Below, one piece after another: positions 43,852-54,214 of a DNA stretch of 64,000 nucleotides. A program made the position numbers and the translations under genes. This DNA is from Alphaproteobacteria bacterium. Its GTDB lineage: Bacteria > Pseudomonadota > Alphaproteobacteria > CALKHQ01. Location of the stretch: assembly GCA_965227515.1 (NCBI GenBank), contig CBDDFZ010000001.1, positions 3,296,001 to 3,360,000 on the forward strand, in the 5' to 3' direction. The notes under the pieces were generated by a model. The model ran no database searches and was not told the DNA's origin. It saw nothing but the letters and a program-made list of their open reading frames with translations. The first letter of the stretch is position 1; the number at the start of each line of letters is the position of its first letter.

Positions 43852-44346
43852 ATGCCGCCGAAAGACCGGAAAGCCGGTGACCGTGCGACGATCACGTTGC
43901 GCCTGCCGGAGAACATTCGGGCGGAGTTGGAGATAGAAGCCGAACGCTCAGGCGTCTCGATGAACGCGCTGATTACACAGCAGCTTGAGCGCGCGGCACG
44001 AGCCAACAAGGCGCTATCTGCAATGGAACGTGTCACTGGTATGCTCGCAAGGCATCAAGACACAATGCTGAAGGTATTTGATAGCCACGCCGCGCAAATA
44101 AAGCAGCTCAATATTGTTGAGCAAAAGCTATTTAATGTCATAGATATTTGCACTGAAACAATCCACGACTACGAACAAGACATGAGTAGGCGCAATATTA
44201 GCTTCACTCCCGTTGCCGATAGAATTCGCGGTCAGCTGGATATGCTTAAGATATTGGCAGAGACTGTGCACGCGCATTATCTGGAAGAAGAGCGCGCGGC
44301 AAGAAACGAAATGCAGGTCAAGGAAGGTGAGGCGGCCGATGACTGA
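43852..44346 (+). CDS. Arc-family (ribbon-helix-helix) DNA-binding protein
   Basis: ITLRLPENIRAELEIEAERSGVSMNALI. Confidence 0.75.
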   Translation: MPPKDRKAGDRATITLRLPENIRAELEIEAERSGVSMNALITQQLERAARANKALSAMERVTGMLARHQDTMLKVFDSHAAQIKQLNIVEQKLFNVIDICTETIHDYEQDMSRRNISFTPVADRIRGQLDMLKILAETVHAHYLEEERAARNEMQVKEGEAADD

Positions 44347-44533
44347 TACCGTCATGGATCGCATCGTCCGGGAGCCTGAGGCTCGCCAGATTTCCGGGCT
44401 GTCCCGGTCTCAGCGTTATCGCCTGGAGCGCGAGGGGAAGTTCCCCAAGAAGCGTGCGATCACCGGCAGCCTGTACGGTTACAGGCTCTCCGAGTTGATG
44501 GCATGGGTCGAGGGGCTACCGGAGCGGAACTAG
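44339..44533 (+). CDS. alpA: AlpA family regulator/excisionase
   Basis: IVREPEARQISGLSRSQRYRLEREGKFPK...SELMAW. Confidence 0.88.
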   Translation: MTDTVMDRIVREPEARQISGLSRSQRYRLEREGKFPKKRAITGSLYGYRLSELMAWVEGLPERN

Positions 44534-45735
44534 CCCCGCTCCATCACCACGACGTTGCCACCGATGCCGAGCAGCTGACGAAGTTTCAAGCCCCACGATT
44601 CCAGCGCCGCCGTCTTTTCGGCCAGGTAGTCGTGCCGATCATAGACCCGCCCGACGCCGACCTCCGTGTGGTTCAGCACACGGTCAACGATGAAGCGCGT
44701 GTGGCCCAGCTTCGTCATGCCGGTGGATGCGGTGCGCCGCAGGTCGTGCGCCCGGAAGTTTGCCACGCCTGACAGGTTCTTGATGGCCTCCGACGCTTTC
44801 GAGGACGCCCGCACGTGCGTGTTCCGGCGGGTTGGCGATGGAAAGACCAGCGCGTCGTCGAGCCCCTGCTGGTCCCGCACGATATCCATGGCGAGATCGC
44901 TCAGCGGCACGATGTGCGTTTTCTTGTTCTTCGTGCGGTCGCCGGGGATGGTCCATTGGTGGGCCTCAAGGTCGACTTCATCCCACCGCATGCCGCAGAC
45001 CTCGTTCGGGCGCTGTGCGGTGACCAGGATCGCTTTCAAGGCTGCGCCGTGGATGCCGCGCACATCGAATGCCTGCCACAGCGCATGGATCTCAGCGTCA
45101 GTGTAGACACGCTCGCGCTCAACCTCGGCGCCTGGCGCCGGCAGCTTGTGCGCCGGGTTGTTCTCGATACCACCAGTGTCGGTCGCCAGCGCCCAGTTGT
45201 ACATCTTGCGCACGACGGCGAGGCACCGGTTAGCCTGATAGGGACCATTCCGCGAGGCGATGGCGTGCAAGCGCTCGTTCACCTCGCGCCGTGCGATATC
45301 TTCCGCCGGGCGCTTCTGCCAGTCGGCGAAATAGGTGTCGAGGATGCGTTTGTCCTCTGCCCAGCTCCGCTTTTTCACCATGGCCCAGCGTTCGATATAC
45401 AGGTCCGCCAGTCCCTTGAACGTCAGGCGGGCGGCCTCGACTTCGGCCCGTGCCTTCGCGGCACGTTTTTCCACGACGGAATCAACGCCCTTCTGCGCCA
45501 AGCCTCTTTTCTCGACGGCCATCTGGCGAGCATCTTTAAGACCAATCTCCGGGAATGTGCCGAAGGTCTCGCGGCGCTGTTTGCCGTTCACTGCATATCG
45601 GCAGAACCATGCGACCCGACCGCCGGGACTGACACGGACACCAAGACCGCGCGTCTCGGTATCGAACCAGTCGACCTGCCCTTCGCCCGGCTTCAGACTT
45701 TCCAGCCAACGGGCCGTAAACTTATGCTGCGCCAT
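44530..45735 (-). CDS. Tyrosine integrase with arm-binding domain (P4-like)
   Basis: GLGVRVSPGG arm domain; TAQRPNE, TKN, HDLRR, LNH, VY catalytic residues. Confidence 0.95.
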   Translation of the reverse strand: MAQHKFTARWLESLKPGEGQVDWFDTETRGLGVRVSPGGRVAWFCRYAVNGKQRRETFGTFPEIGLKDARQMAVEKRGLAQKGVDSVVEKRAAKARAEVEAARLTFKGLADLYIERWAMVKKRSWAEDKRILDTYFADWQKRPAEDIARREVNERLHAIASRNGPYQANRCLAVVRKMYNWALATDTGGIENNPAHKLPAPGAEVERERVYTDAEIHALWQAFDVRGIHGAALKAILVTAQRPNEVCGMRWDEVDLEAHQWTIPGDRTKNKKTHIVPLSDLAMDIVRDQQGLDDALVFPSPTRRNTHVRASSKASEAIKNLSGVANFRAHDLRRTASTGMTKLGHTRFIVDRVLNHTEVGVGRVYDRHDYLAEKTAALESWGLKLRQLLGIGGNVVVMERG

Positions 45736-45899
45736 GTCTGCCTCCGCGATAGGTACCTCATAGGTACAGACAGGACATGGCACGCACCGGCACGCATTGC
45801 AACAGCACGAAACACAACGAACCGATAACATATTGACATATAATGAGAAAAAACTCCACACGCGAGACAATCAGAAACACACCGAAACATGACCTCAAA

Positions 45900-45948
45900 T
45901 GACTTTTAATCAGGTTGTCGCAGGTTCGAACCCTGCCGGGCTCACCAA
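45900..45948 (+). repeat. att core (right), duplicated tRNA-Lys 3' end
   Basis: Identical to 33226-33274. Confidence 0.96.
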
Positions 45949-45953
45949 TCTTC

Positions 45954-46775
45954 TCAACGAATCCGGGTAGCCAGATCACGCGCGCTGCGCGTGTCGAGAA
46001 TCTCCCCGCGTCGCCAGCGCGGATGGCTCGCTGCGATCCGATCCTCAAACGAGCCTGCCGGCTCGGGCAGCGGCAGCAGCCTGAAATCCACGCTGACACG
46101 CGTGGCGTCCTCGTTGTTTTCCGCGCCGCCGTGGATCGTGCGCGCGTCGAACAGCACGAGATCGCCGGCCGCCATCCCCAGCGGCGTGCAATGTCTCGCA
46201 ATATCGTCGGCAAAGGCCTTGTCGCGCCTCTGCCGCTCATAGAACGCAGCCAGTTGGCCGTCCATTCCGTTCGTTTGCCCGGCGGCAAACGCGTCCAACT
46301 GCGCGATGCTCCAGTCAAGCGGAGCCAGATGCAGAGCTGCGCCACCGGCCGCGTCGGTCAGCGCGAGCCAGCCGTTGATCATGCCGGGCGGGTGGCCGCC
46401 CAGCAGGTCGCTGTGAAACTGCGCGCCGCGCCCATTGGCCATGCGCAGCGCCGGGGGAAAGCGCTCCGGGGCATGGATGCGCACGATGGGACTGGCCTGG
46501 AACAGGACATCGAAGCCCTGGAGATGGTCGCCGAGCGCGGCAATCAGATCGTGATAGAGCCGGAGAAAACGCGCATCCAGCGCATAGAGCGCGCGTGTCA
46601 GGTCGTTCATGTAGTTGTCGTCGAGCGCCAGACGCTCCGGCGGGACATGCCGATGCAGATCGACCAGCCCCAGGCCGCGCTCCACAAAACCACGCGACAC
46701 CAGCATGTCCGTGACGGCATCCGCGAACAACCGGTGATCAACAGGTCGCAGGATGGCTGGCGTTGTGAGGTCCAT
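45954..46775 (-). CDS. Fe(II)/2-oxoglutarate dioxygenase (PhyH-like)
   Basis: FHSD (HxD), WLALTD, GDLVLFD, TIHG, RVSVDFR. Confidence 0.75.
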   Translation of the reverse strand: MDLTTPAILRPVDHRLFADAVTDMLVSRGFVERGLGLVDLHRHVPPERLALDDNYMNDLTRALYALDARFLRLYHDLIAALGDHLQGFDVLFQASPIVRIHAPERFPPALRMANGRGAQFHSDLLGGHPPGMINGWLALTDAAGGAALHLAPLDWSIAQLDAFAAGQTNGMDGQLAAFYERQRRDKAFADDIARHCTPLGMAAGDLVLFDARTIHGGAENNEDATRVSVDFRLLPLPEPAGSFEDRIAASHPRWRRGEILDTRSARDLATRIR

Positions 46776-46928
46776 GTGCCCATCCGCCCAATTCCAGGCG
46801 TCTCGTATCGGCGGTCTTGCGACTGCTGCTTTCCTGCAACAGCATCGCTATTGTGCAATGCAACATATTGCCCGTCCGCGCGCGCCTCACGATATAGACG
46901 TCCGAGGCAGCAACGGAGCACGAGAACG

Positions 46929-48230
46929 ATGCCCGAAGAACCAGGGGCCGAAAAGGCCTCAAACCCGACTGACACAGCGATCCGCAAGGTTGTGGTCGTC
47001 GGCGCCGGCTTCGGCGGGCTGGCGGTCACCAAGGCGCTGGCCAAGGCACCGGTCGAGATCACCCTGCTCGACCGCCAGAACTATCACCTGTTCCAGCCCC
47101 TGCTCTACCAGGTCGCGACCGCAGCCCTGACGCCGGCGGAGATCGCCGCCCCGATTCGCGGTGTGCTGCGGCGGCAGAAGAACGTGACCGTGTTCATGGA
47201 TGAGGTTTGCGCCGTCGACACCGCCGCGCGATCCGTCGCCACCAAGGCCGGTCGCCACATCCCCTATGACGCGCTGGTGCTCGCCACCGGTGCCCGGCAC
47301 AGCTATTTCGGCCGTGACGACGACTGGGCCGGCCACGCGCCCGGGCTGAAGACCCTCGACGACGCGCTCGGCCTGCGCCAGCGCATCCTGCTCGCCTTCG
47401 AACGGGCCGAGATGGCGGCCGCGGACGACCATGCCGGCCGCGCGGCACTACAGACCTTCGTCATCATCGGCGGCGGCCCGACGGGCGTGGAGACCGCGGG
47501 CGCGATTGCCGAACTCGCGCGCTCCATCGTCTACGACTTCCGCCGCATCGACACCGCCAACACCCGGATCATCCTGCTGGAGGGCGGGCCGCGCATCCTG
47601 TCCAGCTTCGCGCCGAACCTGTCGGAGCGCGCCACTCGCGACCTGCGGGACCTGGGCGTCGAGGTGCGGACCGACGCCATGGTCACCGATATCGATGGCA
47701 AGGGCGTGCATATCGGCGACGAGACGATCCCGTCGCGGACCGTGGTGTGGGCGGCGGGCGTGCAGGCGTCGCCGGCGGCGGAATGGCTGGGCATGGCAAC
47801 CGACCGCGCCGGTCACCTGCCCGTCGGCCCGACCCTGGAGGTCGAAGGCCTGGCGAACGTCTATGCCATCGGCGATACCGCGCGCTTCGTGCCGGAGGGT
47901 GCCGAGCAGCCCCTGCCCGGCATCGCGCCGGCCGCAAAGCAGATGGGCATCTATGTCGGCCGCCGGCTTGCGCGGTTGGCTGCCGGCCAGAACGCCGACA
48001 GGCCGTTCAAGTACTCCGATCCAGGCGCGCTCGCCACCATCGGGCGCAACCGCGCCATTGCCAACATCTACGGCATGCGGTTCACGGGGTTCATCGGGTG
48101 GCTGTTGTGGGGCCTGGCCCACGTGTATTTCCTGATCGGGTTCCGCAGCCGGCTGTTCGTCATGCTGAGCTGGATCTGGTCCTACATCACATGGCAGCGC
48201 GGCGTGCGCCTGATCACCCACGATCGCTGA
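46929..48230 (+). CDS. ndh: Type II NADH dehydrogenase-like FAD oxidoreductase
   Basis: GAGFGG, HLFQPLLYQVAT, GGGPTGVE, WAAGV, AIGD. Confidence 0.9.
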   Translation: MPEEPGAEKASNPTDTAIRKVVVVGAGFGGLAVTKALAKAPVEITLLDRQNYHLFQPLLYQVATAALTPAEIAAPIRGVLRRQKNVTVFMDEVCAVDTAARSVATKAGRHIPYDALVLATGARHSYFGRDDDWAGHAPGLKTLDDALGLRQRILLAFERAEMAAADDHAGRAALQTFVIIGGGPTGVETAGAIAELARSIVYDFRRIDTANTRIILLEGGPRILSSFAPNLSERATRDLRDLGVEVRTDAMVTDIDGKGVHIGDETIPSRTVVWAAGVQASPAAEWLGMATDRAGHLPVGPTLEVEGLANVYAIGDTARFVPEGAEQPLPGIAPAAKQMGIYVGRRLARLAAGQNADRPFKYSDPGALATIGRNRAIANIYGMRFTGFIGWLLWGLAHVYFLIGFRSRLFVMLSWIWSYITWQRGVRLITHDR

Positions 48231-48259
48231 TCGCGCCGCCGAGCATCGAGGAGAGTTCA

Positions 48260-49042
48260 ATGCCTGCAACCAGAACCGCCGTCGTGACCGGCTCGTCGAG
48301 CGGGATCGGCAACGCCATCGCGCGCGCCTTTGCCGCCGAGGGCATGAACGTGATGCTGAACGGCATCGAGCCGGCGGAGGAGATGGCGGCCGCGGTGGAC
48401 GAACTGGCGGCGGCCCATGGCGTGAAGGTTGGCTACCGCCCTGCCAATCTGATGAAGCCCGAGGGCGTGCGCGAGCTGATCTCAGCGGCGGAACAGGAAC
48501 TGGGCCCGGTGGACGTGCTGGTGAACAACGCCGGCATCCAGTTCGTGTCGCCGATCGAGGACTTCCCTGACGAGAAATGGGCCGCGATCATCGCGCTCAA
48601 CCTGTCGGCGGCGTTCCACACCACCAAGGCGGTCGCGGCGGGCATGAAGGAGCGCGGCTGGGGGCGCATCATCAACATCGCGTCCGCCCACGGCCTGGTC
48701 GCCTCCCCGTTCAAGTCGGCCTATGTGGCGGCCAAGCACGGCATACTGGGCCTGACCAAGACCGTGGCCCTGGAGGTGGCCGAGCACGGGGTCACCGTGA
48801 ACGCCATCTGCCCCGGCTATGTCTGGACGCCGCTGGTCGAGAAGCAGATCCCGGACACCGCCAAGGCGCGCGGCATGACCGAGGAAGAGGTGAAACGCGA
48901 CGTGCTGCTGGCCGCGCAGCCGACCAAGCAGTTCGCCACGGTCCAGGAGATTGCCGACGTCGCGCTGTTCCTGTGCTCCGACGGCGCCAAGTCGATCACC
49001 GGTGCCGCACTGCCGGTGGATGGCGGCTGGACGGCGCACTAG
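48260..49042 (+). CDS. bdhA: D-3-hydroxybutyrate dehydrogenase
   Basis: NNAGIQFV, SAHGLVASPFKSAYVAAKHG, TPLVEKQI. Confidence 0.92.
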   Translation: MPATRTAVVTGSSSGIGNAIARAFAAEGMNVMLNGIEPAEEMAAAVDELAAAHGVKVGYRPANLMKPEGVRELISAAEQELGPVDVLVNNAGIQFVSPIEDFPDEKWAAIIALNLSAAFHTTKAVAAGMKERGWGRIINIASAHGLVASPFKSAYVAAKHGILGLTKTVALEVAEHGVTVNAICPGYVWTPLVEKQIPDTAKARGMTEEEVKRDVLLAAQPTKQFATVQEIADVALFLCSDGAKSITGAALPVDGGWTAH

Positions 49043-49204
49043 TGTCCCGAATCTGAAGTTCGTAACAGCGTTTGCTGGCCTCGATCGAACTTCAGATTCG
49101 ATTGGGACACTAGCAAGTTATTGAATCTAGTGTGGTTCCTGGTTTCGAAGTTCGTCAAGATGGCTGCGGCGATAATCGGACGAACTTCGAAACCACCACA
49201 CTAG
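49039..49204. repeat. Two tandem CTAGTGT...ACACTAG hairpin elements
   Basis: Units 49039-49113 and 49127-49204, each with GAAGTTCG/CGAACTTC arms; begins on the bdhA TAG stop. Confidence 0.85.
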
Positions 49205-49236
49205 CCACCGTCCAGCATTCCCCCCGGGCTGCGGGC

Positions 49237-51723
49237 CTAAGCCGGCGCGGCGGCGAGGCCGGAGACGTTCCCCACCGCTTCTTCCATCGCGTGCTCGGCC
49301 GCACCCAAGCCGCTCATCAGCTGGTCCAGGCGGCGCGCGATCTCCGCCACGTGTCGCGAGCTTTCCGAGACCTGATCGGCACAGCGCAGGTTGTCGGCGG
49401 CAATCGCCTCCACGCTCTCGATCTCGGCCAGCATTTCGCCGGTGTGCGCGGAGGCATCCCGCGCCGCTTCCACCGATACGGTCATCTCGCGGTCGACCTT
49501 GTCGATGTTATCGGAAACCTCCGCGGTATCGGCGTCGGCGGCGTCGATGGTCCGGGCGATATCGGCCGTGTGTTCGGCCTGTTCGTTCACCGAGGCAATG
49601 ATCTGCCGCATCACGTCACCCATGGCGTTGGTGGTGCCCATGATGTCCTCGATGGCGGCAACCGCATCGTTGGACTCCGCGGTCACGTCACGGACGCGGC
49701 TGCGAATCTCCTCCACTGCGTTCCTGGCCGCCGACGACAGGCTCTTTACCTCGCCCGCCACCACCTTGAAGCCGTTGCCCGCCTCCCCGGCGCGCGCCGC
49801 CTCGATGGTCGCGTTGAGCGCCAGCAGGTTGGTCTTCTCAGAGATGTCGTCGATTAGGGTCAGCACCTCGGAGATCGACCCGATGGCATGGGTCAACCGC
49901 TGTACCTTCGCCTGCACCAGCTCCGACGATTGGGCCGCATGCTCAATCACGTTTGTGGAGTTCTGACCTGTCTCGCGCAATGCCTCCAGGTCCGAAGCCA
50001 CGGCGGAGGCGCGCGCGCTGGCTTGGCGCACGCCGTCACGCATCCGGGCCGCACTCTCGCTGATCCGCGTGGTGTTCCCGCCAGCCGAATGCAGCGTGGC
50101 GGCGGCACTGTCGGCGTGCTGGGCCACCGATTCAGACAGCCGCTTGGCCTCGTGCGCCTGATCCGCGGTGGTGCGTGACTGTTCGGCAAGGGTGTTCGAG
50201 ACCGACGACATCCGGCCCGCCGCCTGCAGCAGTTCGTGCGACTGGGCGGAGATGCCCTGCACCATGGTCTCGATGTTGTCCATCACCTGATTGTAGGCGT
50301 GGGCCAGCTCTGCGGCCTCGTCGCCGCTGTCGGTCGCCAGACGGTCCGACAGCTTCGCCTCGCCGCTGGAGAGCGCCTGCATGCGCGCCAGCAACATGCC
50401 GGTGCCCAAGGTGGCGCCGTGCTCGGCCTCGTTCAGACCGGCCATCTCGTGCTCCGCCGATACGCGGACCGAGCCGAACACGAACTGATAGCCCTTGATG
50501 GCGGCGTACGTGATGCCGAACGACCAGACAAAGGCCAGCCCGACACCTTCGAGCTGCACCATGAACTGGGACCAGCGGTCGCCCGCCAGCAGCGTCTCGG
50601 CCGGGGCGAACAGCGGGATGGCCAGGGTGCCGAAGGCGCCGGCAAAGCCGTGCACCGACACCGCGCCCACGGCGTCGTCCAGCTTCCACTTGCGCTCCAT
50701 CACCTCGCCCATGGTGAAGGCGACAACACCGCCCAGGAAACCGGTGGCGACCGCGCCATAGGTCGTCATCACGTCGCAGCCGGCGGTGATGGCGACCAGG
50801 CCGCCAAGCACGCCGTTGATCGACCGCTCGGCCCGGAACAGGCCGTCATAGGCGCGGCCGGCGACCATGCTGCCCAGTCCGCCGATGGCGCCGGCAATGA
50901 CAGTGTTGGCGACGATCATGGCGAAGGCCGGCGTGCCGGTGGTTGTGGAGCCGCCATTGAAGCCGATCCAGCCGATCCACAGGATGATGGCGCCGGAGGT
51001 GGCCAGCACCGGGCTGTGGCCCTGGATGCGCACCGGCCGGCCATTGGCGTCGAACCGGCCGATGCGGGCGCCCAGGCAGATGACCGCCGCAAGCGCGGCC
51101 CACGCGCCAATCGAGTGCACGACGGTGGACCCGGCAAAGTCCATGAACCCGGCATCGCCCAGCAGGGTCGCGTTGTCCATCAACAGGCTGCCCCAGGCCC
51201 AATGGCCGAACACGGGGTAGACCAGGACCGAGATCAGGATCGTCAGTGCAAGGTAGCCAGTGAACTTCATCCGCTCGGCAACCGCGCCCGACACGATGGT
51301 GGCGGCGGTGCCGCAGAACACGGCCTGGAATACGAAGAACGTGTATGACCAGTCGCTCTGCCAATCGAACGCGAACAGCTCGCCGTCCCAGCCGAACAGC
51401 CCGCCGACACTGCCACCGAACATCAGCATGAAGCCGACTGCCCAGTAGCAGGCGACCGCCACGACCATGTCGGCGATGTTCTTTTGCGCGACGTTGATGG
51501 AGTTCTTGGAGCGGACCAGGCCCGCCTCCAGCAGCAGGAAACCCACCTGCATGAAGAACACCAGGGCAGCGGCCAGCATGGTCCAGACGAAATCCAGGTT
51601 CGTCTGCGGCACCGTGACGGCTGTCTCGAGCTCAGCGATGCGCGCTTCGAGCGCGCCCAGGTCCTGGGCGCTTGCCCCGACCGCCGGCAATAGGAGTAGG
51701 ATGGGTAGAAAGGCGAAGCGCAT
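49237..51723 (-). CDS. Ammonium transporter fused to a methyl-accepting chemotaxis signalling domain
   Basis: Amt motifs [35 protein letters not shown]; MCP hairpin [30 protein letters not shown]. Confidence 0.92.
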   Translation of the reverse strand: MRFAFLPILLLLPAVGASAQDLGALEARIAELETAVTVPQTNLDFVWTMLAAALVFFMQVGFLLLEAGLVRSKNSINVAQKNIADMVVAVACYWAVGFMLMFGGSVGGLFGWDGELFAFDWQSDWSYTFFVFQAVFCGTAATIVSGAVAERMKFTGYLALTILISVLVYPVFGHWAWGSLLMDNATLLGDAGFMDFAGSTVVHSIGAWAALAAVICLGARIGRFDANGRPVRIQGHSPVLATSGAIILWIGWIGFNGGSTTTGTPAFAMIVANTVIAGAIGGLGSMVAGRAYDGLFRAERSINGVLGGLVAITAGCDVMTTYGAVATGFLGGVVAFTMGEVMERKWKLDDAVGAVSVHGFAGAFGTLAIPLFAPAETLLAGDRWSQFMVQLEGVGLAFVWSFGITYAAIKGYQFVFGSVRVSAEHEMAGLNEAEHGATLGTGMLLARMQALSSGEAKLSDRLATDSGDEAAELAHAYNQVMDNIETMVQGISAQSHELLQAAGRMSSVSNTLAEQSRTTADQAHEAKRLSESVAQHADSAAATLHSAGGNTTRISESAARMRDGVRQASARASAVASDLEALRETGQNSTNVIEHAAQSSELVQAKVQRLTHAIGSISEVLTLIDDISEKTNLLALNATIEAARAGEAGNGFKVVAGEVKSLSSAARNAVEEIRSRVRDVTAESNDAVAAIEDIMGTTNAMGDVMRQIIASVNEQAEHTADIARTIDAADADTAEVSDNIDKVDREMTVSVEAARDASAHTGEMLAEIESVEAIAADNLRCADQVSESSRHVAEIARRLDQLMSGLGAAEHAMEEAVGNVSGLAAAPA

Positions 51724-51968
51724 GCCAGAAGGCCCCGAAACAACGATTCGTCCGCGATGCAGTCCATGGGTGCGGTAAATTGGCCGCCTGACACCCCATG
51801 TGGAACGAAGCTACCGAGAGCCGGTTAGCACTTGCCTAATTCGATCCTTTGTTGTCTCAAATCATTCTTCATCTTGCGCGTGCTGGCAGTCGCAGGAGCA
51901 ACTGAAGCAATCCGACGGGAAAGATTTGAGCGATCCCTTGCGCTAACATCACGAGTCTTGGAGATGTC

Positions 51969-52334
51969 ATGAAACAGCTTGCCTTCGCGCTCGACCTGAA
52001 GGACGACCCGCAGACGATCGCGACCTACGACGAGTACCATCGCGCGGTGTGGCCCGAGATACTGCGCGGGATGGAGCGGATCGGCGTCCGGTCGCAGAAG
52101 ATCTGGCGCACCGGCAACCGCCTGTTCATGCTGGTGGAAGTCGACGACGATTTCGACTGGGATGCCCAGTGGGCGCGCTACATGGCAGAGACGCCGCGCG
52201 CCAAGGAATGGGACGACCTGATGCACACGTTCCAGAGTCGTGTGCCGAGCGCCGGTCCCGACGACTGGTGGACGCCGATGCCGAAGGTCTATGACATGTA
52301 CGAGCAGTTGGACGCGCTGCCGCCAGGCGACTGA
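51969..52334 (+). CDS. L-rhamnose mutarotase family protein
   Basis: YDEYHRAVWPE, GNRLFM, EWDDLM. Confidence 0.85.
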   Translation: MKQLAFALDLKDDPQTIATYDEYHRAVWPEILRGMERIGVRSQKIWRTGNRLFMLVEVDDDFDWDAQWARYMAETPRAKEWDDLMHTFQSRVPSAGPDDWWTPMPKVYDMYEQLDALPPGD

Positions 52335-52386
52335 CTTCGCCGATCGGTCTCGCCGCTTGACCGCGCGCGCCTACCCGTCTCCAGAA

Positions 52387-52614
52387 CTAGAACAGGTGTC
52401 CGAGCGCGCCCAGGATCCGCAGCAGGCCGTCGCCCTCGCCCGTGATCGTCGCCAACACGATGCCGAACAGCATCAGGATGCCGAACACGATGGCGGGCCC
52501 CTTGGATCCGCCGGAGTTGTTGGCGACGTCGTCAAAGTAGTCGCGATTGCCGCGCTCGCCGCTGACATCGTGGCCACCGAAGCGACTGTTGCGCCCAAAT
52601 CCATTCATCGACAT
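52387..52614 (-). CDS. Small hypothetical membrane protein
   Basis: AAGGAGAG RBS; one hydrophobic segment. Confidence 0.5.
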   Translation of the reverse strand: MSMNGFGRNSRFGGHDVSGERGNRDYFDDVANNSGGSKGPAIVFGILMLFGIVLATITGEGDGLLRILGALGHLF

Positions 52615-52700
52615 AGCCCTCTCTCCTTGGCTGGTGTGCCTTGGATGTGGGGCTGAACGGATGGCGTGCCGGTGAGGCAGATCACCGATGGCGCGAGATT

Positions 52701-53421
52701 GTCAGATGAACCCTTCCAGGCGGGTGTTGGCGACCAGTTCGGCGACGTTGGCCTGGTTCGGCAGGTCGATGACGAAGGCGACGATATCGGCCACCGTTTC
52801 CGGTTGCAGGCGCTTGTCTCTCGGCGTGGCGCCGACTAGGCCGGCGATCATCTCGGTGTCGATGGCGCCGGGGCAGATGGCGGTGGCGCGCACGCCCTCC
52901 TCCCATCCGGCGAAACGCACGGCGTGGGTCATCGCCATCAGCGCGTGCTTGGTCATGGCATAGCCGAGGGGTGCTGTGATGTCGCGGATGCGCTTGGCGT
53001 CGGTGGAGGCGATGTTGACCACCCGGCCCTGCCCGGCCTGTTTCAGGTGCGGCAGGGCGGCGCGGATCAGCCGGAACGGGCCCTTGACGTTGACCTGCCA
53101 CATGGCGTCGAGGTCGGCCTCGTCACCCTGGGCGAAGTCGACCATGCGCAGGATGCCGGCATTGTTGACCAGCGCGTCCAGCCGGCCGAAGCGGGCGACG
53201 GTCTCGTCGACCCAGGCCTGCGCGGTTGGCGGGTCGTCGGCATCGAAACGCGCCACCATCACCCGGTCGTCGGGTTGGCCGGCGAAGCGCGCGCGCACCT
53301 TGTCCGGGTCGCGCACGCCGGCGGAAACAGCCCATCCGTCGGCCAGCAGGCGGTCGGCAATCGCGGCCCCCACGCCGCGGCCGGCGCCCGATACCATGGC
53401 GACCCGAAGGGGCTGCGTCAC
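52701..53421 (-). CDS. Short-chain dehydrogenase/reductase
   Basis: SGAGRGVG, NNAG, YAMTK; GTG start overlaps the upstream stop; ORF track places the 3' end at 52702. Confidence 0.88.
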
Positions 53422-54203
53422 TAGAACAGCCCCTGGTAAACGCCGCCGTCGTTGACGATGTTCTGGCCGGAAATGAAGCCGGCCTGCGCGCTGCACAGGA
53501 ACGCGACCAGGTCGCCGCACTCGCTGGGATCGGCGAAACGGCCAGCCGGGCAGCCCTTCAGCCGGTCCTCGACGATTGCCTCATAGGTCGTGTTGCCTCG
53601 CCGGGCGTGGCCATGCAGGTTGGTGTGCAGCGCGTCGGTGTCGAACAGGCCGGGGCACACCCCGTTGATGGTGACGTTGTGCGGCAGCAGTTCGCGGGTC
53701 ATCGCCGCCGAGGCACCGGCCAACGCCAACCGTGCGGCATGGCTGTGGGCGAAGCCAACTTGCGGAAACTTGATGAAGCTGACCGACATATTGACGATGC
53801 GGCCGAACTTCCGGTCGCGCATGCCTGGCGCCACCGCCTGCACCATCTCGATGGACGACAGGAAGTGGACCTCCAGCCAATAGCGCCAGGCATCGGCGTC
53901 GATCTTCTCGAACGGGTCCGGGGTCTGCCGCACGCCGGGGTTGTTGACCACGATGTCGGGGTCCGGGCACGCATCAAGCAGCGCGGCGCGCCCGTCGGCG
54001 CTATTGAAATCCACTGCCACCGCCGTAACCTCGACGCCGAAATCGTCGCGGATTTCCTGCGCCGTCGCCTCCAGCGCGTCGGCCGTGCGGGCGTTCAGGA
54101 CCAGCGAGACGCCCTCTGCCGCGAGTGAGCGGGCGCAGGCGCGGCCCAGGCCCTTGCTTGCCGCGCTGACGATGGCCTTGCGGCCCTTGATACCCAGTTC
54201 CAT
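53421..54203 (-). CDS. Short-chain dehydrogenase/reductase (atypical, no YxxxK)
   Basis: AASKGLG, SHAAR in place of YxxxK, ISGQNIVNDGG. Confidence 0.88.
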   Translation of the reverse strand: MELGIKGRKAIVSAASKGLGRACARSLAAEGVSLVLNARTADALEATAQEIRDDFGVEVTAVAVDFNSADGRAALLDACPDPDIVVNNPGVRQTPDPFEKIDADAWRYWLEVHFLSSIEMVQAVAPGMRDRKFGRIVNMSVSFIKFPQVGFAHSHAARLALAGASAAMTRELLPHNVTINGVCPGLFDTDALHTNLHGHARRGNTTYEAIVEDRLKGCPAGRFADPSECGDLVAFLCSAQAGFISGQNIVNDGGVYQGLF

Positions 54204-54214
54204 GTCCCTTCCCC

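Larger units (their letters stand above)
33275..45948. mobile_element. 12.7-kb tRNA-Lys-integrated phage-satellite-like element
   Basis: att direct repeats, tyrosine integrase, AlpA, helicase and terminase genes; no recognisable capsid, portal, tail or lysis gene. Confidence 0.9.

Noticed and set aside
45900-45948. Apparent second tRNA-Lys
   Set aside because: Lacks the 5' acceptor strand and D-arm; it is the att duplication
33275-45948. Complete prophage or gene transfer agent
   Set aside because: Too small, and no recognisable capsid, portal, tail or lysis genes; a deleted prophage remnant is not fully excluded
45915-46928. Long N-terminal extension of the 771-aa ORF containing ndh
   Set aside because: Overlaps the antisense dioxygenase gene and the att site; the plausible start is ATG 46929
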